NCBI GenBank assembly: GCA_023150835.1
Contig: JAKLKB010000066.1
Coordinates: 1-60,090 of the forward strand
Reading direction: 5' to 3'
DNA length: 60,090 nt
Origin: Myxococcota bacterium
Lineage (GTDB): Bacteria; Myxococcota_C; UBA6777
The translations under genes and the position numbers were made by a program. The notes under the pieces were generated by a model, which saw only the letters and a list, made by a program, of their open reading frames with translations, was not told where the DNA came from and ran no database searches. Positions 28,384 through 37,423 of the stretch are shown here, in pieces; the stretch's first letter is position 1, and each line of letters begins with the position of its first letter.

Positions 28384-29361
28384 TCACTCCGAACAAAGGT
28401 TCGATTGCTCGGATGAATCCGAAGGAATCGACGAGAGGCGTCGTTCGTCCGAAGCTTCCGAAGTAAGGGCAGGTAGTGCGTTCGTTGTTTGAACGATCGA
28501 CGCGGAGGCAACAGGGATATCGTGTGCGGATGTTGTGGGGTTGAGTTGTTGAGAGGTCGGGGTGACTACTGGCGTATCGCGTTGCGCGGATGTTGTAGGC
28601 GCATGGTGGGTGGATGCGATCTCTTGTTGAACTTGCGCGAAGAGTTTTTTTTCTTCGGGGGTAAGGTCAGCGTGTTGCAGAAGATCAGGTCGGTGGAGGA
28701 GGGTTGCGCGGAGTGCTTCGCGAAGCCGCCACCGTCGGATATGGGCATGGTTTCCCGAGAGCAACACGTCAGGGACGGGCAGGCCGCGAAACAAGGGAGG
28801 GCGTGTGTACTGGGGGTATTCAAGGAAGGGTCGTTGGAAGGATTCTTCGCAGATGGACTCGGCATTTCCGAGAACTCCGGGGACAAGGCGGGCGACAGCA
28901 TCAAGGATGGCGAGGGCAGCGGCCTCACCGCCCGAAAGGACGAAGTCGCCAAGGGATAATTCGCGATCGACGAAGTGCGTGCGGACGCGTTGATCGATGC
29001 CTTCGTATCTTCCGCAAACCATGATCAGGCCGGGTAGTTCGGCAAGTTCGTGAGCGATCGATTGTTTGAAGGGGACGCCGTGTGGGCTCATCAAGATGAC
29101 AGGGGAGCCGAGGGGCATGGCGGCCCGAGCGTCTTCGATGGCGCGTACGAGCGGATCGGGTTTCATGACCATCCCATCGCCGCCACCATAGGGCGTGTCG
29201 TCGACGAGGCGATGCTTACCTTCGCCGTACTCGCGGAGGTTGAGGGCGGAAAATTGGAGCAAGCCCTTTTCTGCGGCACGTCCGACCACTCCGATGCCGC
29301 AGGGACCGGGGACGACTTCGGGAAAGAGGGTGAGCAGGAGGTAGCGTTTGGTTTCGGTCAT
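28384..29361 (-). CDS. trmD: tRNA (m1G37) methyltransferase TrmD with low-complexity C-terminal extension
   Basis: LTLFPE, VDDTPYGGGDGMVM, CGRYEGIDQRV, SLGDFVLSGGE, LEYPQYTRP, LLSGNH. Confidence 0.97.
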   Translation of the reverse strand: MTETKRYLLLTLFPEVVPGPCGIGVVGRAAEKGLLQFSALNLREYGEGKHRLVDDTPYGGGDGMVMKPDPLVRAIEDARAAMPLGSPVILMSPHGVPFKQSIAHELAELPGLIMVCGRYEGIDQRVRTHFVDRELSLGDFVLSGGEAAALAILDAVARLVPGVLGNAESICEESFQRPFLEYPQYTRPPLFRGLPVPDVLLSGNHAHIRRWRLREALRATLLHRPDLLQHADLTPEEKKLFAQVQQEIASTHHAPTTSAQRDTPVVTPTSQQLNPTTSAHDIPVASASIVQTTNALPALTSEASDERRLSSIPSDSSEQSNLCSE

Positions 29362-30125
29362 GGATCTCGCTCGACGGAGGGTGCTGGGTCGTCAGGCATC
29401 GGAAGAAGGCCGGGGATAGGGCGGATGACGATGCGGCGAGCTTTGGTGTCGATGGAGGGGACAAGGGTCGGCACGATCGGGATCATGGCTTCGCCGTGGG
29501 CGGTTTGGATGACCAAGAGATTTTGAGCGGGCGCTTCTTGGACTTGGAGGACGTGCCCAAGCAGTTCGTCTTGTGTGTTGTATACGGGGAAACCTTCGAG
29601 TTGGAAGAAGTAGTATTCGCCGTCTTTGAGCGGGGGAAGTTGATCGCGTTGGACGAAGATCTCGGTACGTCGGAGGGCTTCGGCTTGATCGCGATGGTTA
29701 ACGCCTTCAAGTTGCAACAGAAAGCCGTCAGAGTGTTCACGAAACAAGCGGATACCCGTTTTGCGGAAGCGCTTTTCACCTTCGCGCTTGAATAAAAGGA
29801 AGTCGATCTCGAACAACGTTTCGCCTTGAGGGTTGTGGAGATGAAGGTGGACGGTACCATCGAGGCCGTGCGCACGGGTAATGTAGCCAAGAGAGATCAA
29901 GTCTTTTTCGGTGGGCTGGTGCGTTGCGAAAGGAGGCAAGTTGACTTTGGGCGAGGGCGCAGAGGCGGCGGTGTTGGTTTGGTTTATGGGGGCGGTTTGC
30001 CCATGCCGGTGCGCTGTTGGGGGCGCGGGTGCGGTAGGGTTGGTTTGGTTTGTGGAAGGGCGCAAAAGGGGAAGGCGCGGCGGTGGAGTGGGTGTTGTGG
30101 GCCGCGAAGAGTTGTGTTTGGGCAT
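29358..30125 (-). CDS. rimM: Ribosome maturation factor RimM with Pro-rich N-terminal extension (start uncertain)
   Basis: LGYITRAHGLDG, RDQAEALR, LPPL.DGEYY..QLEG, IP.V...V..ID. Confidence 0.92.
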   Translation of the reverse strand: MPKHNSSRPTTPTPPPRLPLLRPSTNQTNPTAPAPPTAHRHGQTAPINQTNTAASAPSPKVNLPPFATHQPTEKDLISLGYITRAHGLDGTVHLHLHNPQGETLFEIDFLLFKREGEKRFRKTGIRLFREHSDGFLLQLEGVNHRDQAEALRRTEIFVQRDQLPPLKDGEYYFFQLEGFPVYNTQDELLGHVLQVQEAPAQNLLVIQTAHGEAMIPIVPTLVPSIDTKARRIVIRPIPGLLPMPDDPAPSVERDP

Positions 30126-30180
30126 ATTTGGTTGATTTCCGAGGGAGGTGAGGGAAGGAGAGGAAGAGAAGGGAGGAAGG

Positions 30181-30414
30181 TTATTCGATGATCTCAAGGA
30201 CACAGCGCTTGCGTAGTTTGGTGGAGGCAGCGCTGAGGATGGTACGGATGGCTCGTGCCGTGCGTCCTTGTTTTCCGATGACTTTTCCAAGATCTTCTTT
30301 GGCGACCTTCAGTTCGATGACCGAGGTTTGTTCCCCTTCGATTTCAATCACTTTGACTTGATCGGGGTGATCCACCAGAGCTTTCGCGATGAACTCAACA
30401 AGTTCCTTAAGCAT
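30181..30414 (-). CDS. khpA: KH-domain RNA-binding protein KhpA
   Basis: [20 protein letters not shown]...[17 protein letters not shown]. Confidence 0.95.
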   Translation of the reverse strand: MLKELVEFIAKALVDHPDQVKVIEIEGEQTSVIELKVAKEDLGKVIGKQGRTARAIRTILSAASTKLRKRCVLEIIE

Positions 30415-30698
30415 CTTCCACCTCTCGCTAGTTAGGGCATGCCGCATGGCGATTCGACAACAGGACGGTGCATCGTGCGCATGTATAATGTGGCGCAGCA
30501 AGTGTCCCAGCAGGGCTGCTTCCGTCCCCTAAACATAGATCGTTCGATCCTTGGGTCAAGGGTGGATTCCACCTTTGTGGGCGGGGTACAGAAACAGCGC
30601 GTTTGTAGACGTGGGAGCGCCGTGATGGTTTCGATCAAGTTTTGATCAAGTTTCGATCGAGGGTGGGAACTTTTTGAGATCGAGGAAGAAGCCGAGGA

Positions 30699-30953
30699 TT
30701 AGGCGGCTGCGACGGCTTTGTTGAGGCGAGTGATCAGACTTTTGACTTTGTCTGTGGGCTGTGCGCCGTTTTTGATCCAATGTTGGACGCGTTCGAGGTT
30801 GAGTTGGAGAGCCGCTTCGGTGTTGATGTGGGGGTTAAAGAAGCCCACACGTTCGATAAAACGGCCATCACGGGGAGCGCGTTCGTCGCAGACGACGACA
30901 CGGTAGACGGGGTGTTTTTTCGAGCCATAACGAGCCAAACGAATCTTGACCAT
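30699..30953 (-). CDS. rpsP: 30S ribosomal protein S16
   Basis: [40 protein letters not shown]. Confidence 0.98.
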   Translation of the reverse strand: MVKIRLARYGSKKHPVYRVVVCDERAPRDGRFIERVGFFNPHINTEAALQLNLERVQHWIKNGAQPTDKVKSLITRLNKAVAAA

Positions 30954-31026
30954 GAGAAACTCCTTTTGAGTGATAAAGCGGTTGTATACGCGGTGTGTAG
31001 CGTGGTACAAGTGAAGGAAGGGGATG

Positions 31027-31141
31027 ATACGATATCCGAGTGATCTGTGATCGAAGGAGAGCGCGTAGACGCCCGATTGTTGGGCAGCCACAGGGGGCTG
31101 CCCCTACATTTTTACGATCACGCAACGGGCGGATTTCGTAT
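31027..31141 (-). mobile_element. 115-bp MITE-like element (family A) between ffh and rpsP
   Basis: ATACGATATCCG...CGGATTTCGTAT ends and internal GTAG-REP hairpin. The terminal base overlaps the last base of the ffh stop codon. Confidence 0.7.
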
Positions 31142-32514
31142 TATTTCTTCTTTTTGCCTTTGAAGAGGCCACGAACTTTTTGTCCGATACCTCCGCCTCC
31201 GCCAAACATTCCGAATTTTTTGAGGCGTCGCATCATCTTCTTCATTTCCAAGAAGTCCTTCATCAGTTGGTTGACATCTTGGACTTGAGTACCGCTACCA
31301 CGAGCGATGCGCTTGCGGCGGCTGCCGTTGAGGATGTTGTGGTTTCGCCGTTCTTCGGGCGTCATGGAGAGGATGATCGCTTCGACCCGTCGCATCTGCT
31401 TTTCGGGATCGTTTTTGGTGAGGTCGATCTGTTTCATTTGTTGGCTCATGCCGGGGATCTTGTCGAGAAGATCGGTGATCGGCCCCATTTTGCGGAGCTG
31501 TTGCATGTGTTCGAGGAAGTCTTCGAGGGTGAAGTCGTCTTCGATCAGTTTGCGTTGGAGGTCTTCGGCTTTGTTTGCGTCGTAGTTTTCTTGGGCTTTT
31601 TCGATCAAGGAAAGGACGTCACCCATCCCGAGGATGCGGGAGGCGATCCGATCAGGATAAAAGCGTTCAAGGCGATCAACTTTTTCGCCCATCCCAACGA
31701 GTTTGACGGGTTTTCCGGTGACGGAACGGATCGAAAGTGCGGCCCCACCACGAGCATCGCCGTCCATTTTGGTGAGAACAACGCCCGTGATCGAGAGGTG
31801 ATCGTTGAAGGTTTTGGCGACTTGTACGGCATCTTGGCCGGTCATGGCGTCCGCAACAAACAGGATCTCTTTGGGATCGAGCGCTTCTTTGATATCGGTG
31901 ATCTCAGCCATCATGTCTTCGTCGATGTGGAGACGTCCAGCGGTATCGACGATTAGGGTATCGTATCCATTTTTGCGTGCGTAGCTGAGGGCAGCTTCGA
32001 CGACGTCGACAGGATCATCTTCGGGGTTGGTATCCCAGACATCGACGCCGATCTGTTTGGCGAGCGTTTTGAGTTGGCTGATGGCGGCGGGTCGATACAC
32101 ATCTGCGGGGACAAGATAAGGTCGGCGCTTTTGCTTTTTGAGCATATAGGCCATTTTGCCGCAAGTGGTGGTTTTTCCCGAACCTTGGAGGCCAACGACC
32201 ATGATCACGACAGGGGGTTTGTGAGCGAGATCGAGGGCGGTATCTTCTTCAGAACCGAGCAAGCGGATCATCTCATCGTGGACGATCTTGATGAATTGCT
32301 GGCCGGGGGTGAGGGATTTCATCACCTCGGTACCGATGGAGCGTTCGCTGATATCTTGGATAAATTGCTTGACCACTTTGAAGTTGACGTCTGCCTCAAG
32401 CAAGCTCATCCGCACGTCTTTGAGCGCGTCTTGGATATTCTTTTCGTTGAGTTTGCCTTGCCCACGCAGTTTGCGAAAGGTTTCCTCAAGTTTGCTTGTT
32501 AGGCTTTCAAACAT
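31141..32514 (-). CDS. ffh: Signal recognition particle protein Ffh
   Basis: MFESL, LLEADV, GLQGSGKTT, DTAGR, TKMDGDARGGAALS, RILGMGD, SMTPEER. Confidence 0.98.
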   Translation of the reverse strand: MFESLTSKLEETFRKLRGQGKLNEKNIQDALKDVRMSLLEADVNFKVVKQFIQDISERSIGTEVMKSLTPGQQFIKIVHDEMIRLLGSEEDTALDLAHKPPVVIMVVGLQGSGKTTTCGKMAYMLKKQKRRPYLVPADVYRPAAISQLKTLAKQIGVDVWDTNPEDDPVDVVEAALSYARKNGYDTLIVDTAGRLHIDEDMMAEITDIKEALDPKEILFVADAMTGQDAVQVAKTFNDHLSITGVVLTKMDGDARGGAALSIRSVTGKPVKLVGMGEKVDRLERFYPDRIASRILGMGDVLSLIEKAQENYDANKAEDLQRKLIEDDFTLEDFLEHMQQLRKMGPITDLLDKIPGMSQQMKQIDLTKNDPEKQMRRVEAIILSMTPEERRNHNILNGSRRKRIARGSGTQVQDVNQLMKDFLEMKKMMRRLKKFGMFGGGGGIGQKVRGLFKGKKKK

Positions 32515-32654
32515 GGTCTCTCTGCACAGAAACATCCGCTTGCGCTTAGATCGCGATCAGGATCGAGCGCAAACAACACGGCGGAGGTTTGCGTTGGGTG
32601 TTAAAAGATAGGGTTCGTCAGGTGGGTGGTCGCTTCGCGCTGTATCTTTGGGGG

Positions 32655-32687
32655 AAGTGAACGGCCCATCACGATGGCACGGGTGCC
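32655..32687 (-). ncRNA. Candidate ffh-leader RNA motif
   Basis: Minus strand GGCACCCGTG-CCATC-GT-GATGG-GCCGTTCAC at the start of the predicted ffh 5' leader. Resembles the ffh cis-motif as I recall it; not searched. Confidence 0.45.
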
Positions 32688-32705
32688 TTCTCTCTGAGGG
32701 CAGAG

Positions 32706-32734
32706 ATAATGCCTAACCCTTGTGTGCTTGTCAA
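32706..32734 (-). promoter_or_regulatory. Predicted promoter of the ffh operon
   Basis: Minus strand TTGACA (32734-32729), 17-nt spacer, CATTAT (32711-32706). Confidence 0.6.
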
Positions 32735-33061
32735 CTGAAAAATCAGGGCAGGTGGGCGAGCAGAGCATTTTGGTGCGGGTGGGGGCGGCGAAGCAGGGCA
32801 AGAACGCAAAAACAACAGCGTGAGAAGTGTGACGCCTAGCGCAAGCCAAAGAAATTCTTTTCGGAAGAGATCTGGGAGCATGGAGCCTGCTTTGTTCGGG
32901 TTGGAGGCCATCGGAAGACCAATGCTGGATGGAACTCAGGGGCTACAACGGTCTGCGCTGCCTTGGATTTGGAGACCACGAAAAGGCTCGTTTTATCGCA
33001 AACAGCCTCCTCTTGCCCGCTATTCGGGGCTTATCAGAGTTTCTACTGTGTTGGCTTGGGA

Positions 33062-33433
33062 TTAGACCGAGGGAGCGTCAGCGATGCGTATCATGCGGTG
33101 AAGCAGGGGAAACTTCCATGTGCGTCCCCATAATCCAAGGACGGCTGCAAACAAATTGCACAAGATGAAGAGAACAAACCAAAGAAAGGCCACGAGATAA
33201 ACCATACGCAGGGACGTTCCTTGGAAGGCCAAGACCCATCGCACTCCTCCCAAAACAAGCCCACCGACCAAAAAGCACAGCGTCATCAGGATACCTTGTT
33301 GTGCATGAAAACGAGCATGCGGGCTTTTGGCAAGCAAAAAATACGCAGCGAAGGGGGGAACGAAACCAACAAACCCCAAATAACTCAAAAACACAGGGAT
33401 CTTGTCTTGATCTTGCATTCGCCATCTCTCCAT
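33062..33433 (-). CDS. DUF4870-like small membrane protein
   Basis: LSYLG, RFHAQQG, three hydrophobic helices, G..WKFP. Confidence 0.75.
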   Translation of the reverse strand: MERWRMQDQDKIPVFLSYLGFVGFVPPFAAYFLLAKSPHARFHAQQGILMTLCFLVGGLVLGGVRWVLAFQGTSLRMVYLVAFLWFVLFILCNLFAAVLGLWGRTWKFPLLHRMIRIADAPSV

Positions 33434-33603
33434 GATGCGCTAAATGAATGGAAATTCATAATTTTTTCTTTTGGAGAAGAGTTGCAATTGGGATGGAGGG
33501 TAGATTATCCTCCGTGCGCTGTCAATGTGAGTAAGAAGGCCCGCAGGCGCGAAACAGCGCGGAGGGAAGGGGCCTTGCGAAATGTAAAGTAAGGAGAGTT
33601 GAG

Positions 33604-35049
33604 TTGACACGGCGAGCAAAGATAGTGGCCACGTTGGGGCCGAGTTCGAGTACAGAAGAGCAGATCGAAGCCTTGGTGTGGGCAGGGATGAATGTGGCGC
33701 GCCTGAATTTTTCGCATGGTTCGCACAAGATGCACGCTGAGGTTTACAAGAGCATCCGTCGTGTTTCGGAGCGTCTGGGACGCCAAGTGGCGATCTTGCA
33801 GGATCTTCCCGGTCCCAAGATCCGCATCGGCACGATGAAGGAAGGCGTGGTACTCAAGGAACGCGATCTGTTTACGTTGCAAGTCGGCGATGGAGAAGGG
33901 GACGAAAAGCGCGCCTATACGACGTTTGAGCCCTTGCCTCGGGACGTTCGGCAGGGTGAAAAGGTGCTGATCGATGATGGCAAATTGGTTTTGCGTGTCA
34001 ACGAAGTTGACGGACTGAGCGTGCATTGCGAAGTGATCGTGGGAGGGAATCTATACGGACGGAAGGGGTTGAATCTGCCTGAGTCGACGTTGAGTATCCC
34101 GTCCTTTACGGAAAAAGATCACGAACACCTGAAGTTTGGTTTGGAGATGGGGGTGGATCTGGTCGCGCTTTCTTTTGTTCGAGACGCACGCGATATCACA
34201 CGGTTGCGCCGAGCGATCGCGGCGTCGGGCCGTCAAGTTCAAGTGATTGCAAAGATCGAAAAACCCGAAGCCATCGCAAACTTGCATGAGATCTTGGCTG
34301 AGTCGGATGGTGTGATGGTGGCGCGTGGCGATCTTGCGGTCGAGATGAGCACCGAAGAAGTGCCGATCTTGCAAAAGCGCGTGATCGAAGAAGCCAATCG
34401 ACGCGGCAAGCTGGTGATCACCGCAACACAGATGTTGGAGTCGATGACCGAAGGCACAATGCCCACACGCGCCGAAGCTTCGGACGTTGCGAATGCTGTG
34501 TTTGATGGAACGGATGCGTTGATGTTGAGTGCGGAGTCTGCATCGGGCCGTTATCCCGTTCAGTCGGTCGAGATGATGTCGCGGATTATTTGTGCCGCAG
34601 AACGAGCGTCTCATGCGCGTGCGGCTCAACCTCCCGATCTGATCCAAGATCCCAAGCCTTTCCGAAACCTGATCGCCAAAGCCGCAGCGTTGATCGCCAA
34701 AACGCTCAATGCACGGGCGCTTGTTGTGTTCACATACACGGGAACCACCGCACGGCTGGTGAGCTCGTATCGACCAAGCGCCGAGATCGTCGCGTTTACA
34801 CCTTCGCCTGTGGTGGCGCGGCGAATGATCTCGTACTGGGGAACCCGCTCGTTTGTTTGGGAAAACGAGCTGGGACCGCTCGAAGAGATGATCCCGCAAA
34901 TGGACAAGTTTCTTTGCCGCTATCATCTCGCAGAGAGCGAAGATTGCGTGGTGATCGTCTCCGAAAACAGCATCCGCTTGCATCGTGTGGGGACACCCTT
35001 TTATGACGATAGCAACCGCTCCTACGACGATATCAGCGCCTTGATTTGA
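33604..35049 (+). CDS. pyk: Pyruvate kinase
   Basis: KIVATLGP, ARLNFSHG, DLPGPKIR, IAKIEK, MVARGDL, ATQMLESM, PTRAEASDVANA. Confidence 0.98.
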   Translation: MTRRAKIVATLGPSSSTEEQIEALVWAGMNVARLNFSHGSHKMHAEVYKSIRRVSERLGRQVAILQDLPGPKIRIGTMKEGVVLKERDLFTLQVGDGEGDEKRAYTTFEPLPRDVRQGEKVLIDDGKLVLRVNEVDGLSVHCEVIVGGNLYGRKGLNLPESTLSIPSFTEKDHEHLKFGLEMGVDLVALSFVRDARDITRLRRAIAASGRQVQVIAKIEKPEAIANLHEILAESDGVMVARGDLAVEMSTEEVPILQKRVIEEANRRGKLVITATQMLESMTEGTMPTRAEASDVANAVFDGTDALMLSAESASGRYPVQSVEMMSRIICAAERASHARAAQPPDLIQDPKPFRNLIAKAAALIAKTLNARALVVFTYTGTTARLVSSYRPSAEIVAFTPSPVVARRMISYWGTRSFVWENELGPLEEMIPQMDKFLCRYHLAESEDCVVIVSENSIRLHRVGTPFYDDSNRSYDDISALI

Positions 35050-35234
35050 TCCTCAAAGAGCCTTGGATGGAAAGCTCCTCCCTTTTGTGTTGCCCACCTT
35101 TTGGTTTTGGATGGCTTGCAGATTGACGCCGTTGTCGAATCCTGTCTATACTCAGCCGCTTGTCGCGGGGTGTGATGCGTTGTCTGCTTGCATCCAAGCG
35201 CCGGTGTGGCTTTGTTTGTGTGATGGGATTGAAC

Positions 35235-37364
35235 ATGTACTCGTACGGAAAGAACCGACAGAACGGGCGAAAGCTCTTTTGGATGTGCTGCCTTTGGGCG
35301 ATCGGATGGGGTCTTGGGGAGGGGGCCGCATGGGCGCAACAAACAACGGTGGTGGTGTTGCCTTTTGTCTCGACGTCTTCACGCGACAAGATCGATGCTC
35401 TTGCTGAGGTTTCGCCCAAACTTGCGAGCTTTTTGCAGAAGGTCAATCTTTCGGCGTCGGCTTTGGGAGCCAAGATCCAACCCAAAGTCGCGGCTCTCCC
35501 GTTTTTGAAGGAGTACACCGAAGGGATTGCACAGCACAAAGCGGGCGCTGCCTTGCTCAAACAAGGAAAACCCGAGCAAGCCAAAAAAGAACTTGAATCC
35601 GCGATGGAGAAGCTCGAAAAAGGGCTTGTTCACGTCAAGGACTTTGACGATATCTTGGAACTTTACCGATTGATCGGCTTTTCCGCTTTTCAGTTGGGTA
35701 TGAACGAACAAGGAGAGCGGGCCATCCAACACATGGGCTATCTGGCTCCTGAACGAAAGTATGCGCGCAGCCAGATGATCCCTGTGCTTCTGCGCATCCT
35801 CCAAAGCGCCCAGCGTCAGGCCAAAAATGGCCGTGCTATCTTGCGGATCGAAGCTCCCGAAGGCAGCACCGTCACTTTGAACGCTCAGACACTTACAGGT
35901 TCGTCTCCTTTTACAGTCCGAAAGCTAATGCCCGGCAAGCATTATGTGTGGGTGAAAAAAGAGGGATCCAAAACCCACGCCCAAACCCTCGAACTCAAGG
36001 CGGGGGCGACAACTCCTTTGCGTGTTGAGTTGGAGGCCGGAGCAGCTACTTCTTCCTCGACATCCGCAGATCTGTCTGCACAAGGAGCCGAAGCCCGTAC
36101 TCGCCTTCGCCTTGGAACCACCGACACCGAATTGCGCCGGATCTGTTCGGAGATCGCAGAGGGCCTTTCTGCCGCTTTTCTGGTCTTGGGTTACGCAACG
36201 CGTGCGGAAACTCGCTATGATCTGTCCTTGTTTGTCTATCGGCACAAAGACAAGATCCTCAAAAAAGCGGGCGAACTTCAACTCGACCTCGAATTGTTGG
36301 AAGTCGATATCAAATCCTTTGAGGCATCGCGTCAGATCAAAAAAGTCATCGATGCTTTTGATTCCCAACCCACCGTTACTTGGTCGCAAACAGCCGTTGC
36401 TTCTGCAACACCCGCCCCAAATCCAACCACCCCAACCGCAAACCCAGCAAACCCAACCAACACCACCACACCGACCCCTTCCACAAGCACAAACACACCA
36501 ACGCCCCGTCGCGCCAACGATGCCCCTGAAGAAGACGACGAATTGATGATGGGCGGAAAAAAGCCCGCACATCGGCCTGCTCCGCGACCCGAACCACGTC
36601 CTGCACAGCCCGAACCGCGACCCGAACCACGTCCTGCACAGCCCGAACCGCGACCCGAACCACGTCCTGCACAGCCCGAACCGCGACCCGAACCACGTCC
36701 TGCACAGCCCGACTCACGGCCTGAACCGCGACCTGTACAGCCCGACTCACGGCCTGAACCGCGACCTGTACAGCCCGACTCACGGCCTGAACCGCGACCT
36801 GTACAGCCCGACTCACGGCCTGAACCGCAGCCCGACCCGCGCCCTGTGCAGCCCGACTTACGGCCTATTCCACAACCTACTCGCACAGCAGCCCCACGCC
36901 TCTCCCAAGCACAACAAGCGATTCGTCCCCCCGACGATATCCGCAACGGCTTTAATGCAGATCGCGAGATCGATTGGTCCAACCCCATCCCCAAAGTGGC
37001 GCGCCTTGCGCCCCGCGATGACGAACCCCGAGACGAGGAACCCCGTTCTTCTCGCGCTTCACCAACTTCGGCACAGCCCGAATCACGGCCTGAATCACGG
37101 CCTGAATCACGGCCCGAACCGCCTCGCCGAACCGATCCTGAGGACGACTCTCTGGATGGTGGAAAACGCACCGCGATGGCACCCATTACTCGTCCTCCAA
37201 CGCCTGTGCCCGCAAAAGCCCTCCCCGTCACGCAAACATGGTGGTTCTGGACGCTGATCGGTGTGGGTTCTGTTGCGGTGGTTGCAGGTGTCACGGTTGC
37301 GATCATCCAAGCCCAGCCTCCGACGGCCTATGATGTCTTCGTGAATGTCAACCCACCCAATTAA
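35235..37364 (+). CDS. PEGA-domain protein with TPR-like helices, long Pro-rich repeat linker and C-terminal TM anchor (start uncertain)
   Basis: PEGS.VTLN...L.PG.H.V.V.K.G; (PRPEPRPAQPE)n; WWFWT..GV hydrophobic tail. Confidence 0.82.
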   Translation: MYSYGKNRQNGRKLFWMCCLWAIGWGLGEGAAWAQQTTVVVLPFVSTSSRDKIDALAEVSPKLASFLQKVNLSASALGAKIQPKVAALPFLKEYTEGIAQHKAGAALLKQGKPEQAKKELESAMEKLEKGLVHVKDFDDILELYRLIGFSAFQLGMNEQGERAIQHMGYLAPERKYARSQMIPVLLRILQSAQRQAKNGRAILRIEAPEGSTVTLNAQTLTGSSPFTVRKLMPGKHYVWVKKEGSKTHAQTLELKAGATTPLRVELEAGAATSSSTSADLSAQGAEARTRLRLGTTDTELRRICSEIAEGLSAAFLVLGYATRAETRYDLSLFVYRHKDKILKKAGELQLDLELLEVDIKSFEASRQIKKVIDAFDSQPTVTWSQTAVASATPAPNPTTPTANPANPTNTTTPTPSTSTNTPTPRRANDAPEEDDELMMGGKKPAHRPAPRPEPRPAQPEPRPEPRPAQPEPRPEPRPAQPEPRPEPRPAQPDSRPEPRPVQPDSRPEPRPVQPDSRPEPRPVQPDSRPEPQPDPRPVQPDLRPIPQPTRTAAPRLSQAQQAIRPPDDIRNGFNADREIDWSNPIPKVARLAPRDDEPRDEEPRSSRASPTSAQPESRPESRPESRPEPPRRTDPEDDSLDGGKRTAMAPITRPPTPVPAKALPVTQTWWFWTLIGVGSVAVVAGVTVAIIQAQPPTAYDVFVNVNPPN
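36582..36863 (+). repeat. 33-bp intragenic tandem repeat (two sequence variants, about 8 units)
   Basis: CCGCGACCCGAACCACGTCCTGCACAGCCCGAA units followed by GACTCACGGCCTGAACCGCGACCTGTACAGCCC units. Confidence 0.9.
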
Positions 37365-37423
37365 AGAACCCCTGTGTGGAGCGTATTGCTGCTGTCCGGC
37401 GGACGCTTTCGAGGATCTTGGAT

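Noticed and set aside
32669-32911. 80-aa ORF with a hydrophobic stretch upstream of ffh
   Set aside because: No recognisable family, and its 3' end overlaps the predicted ffh promoter and leader. Left uncalled, though a small membrane protein cannot be excluded.
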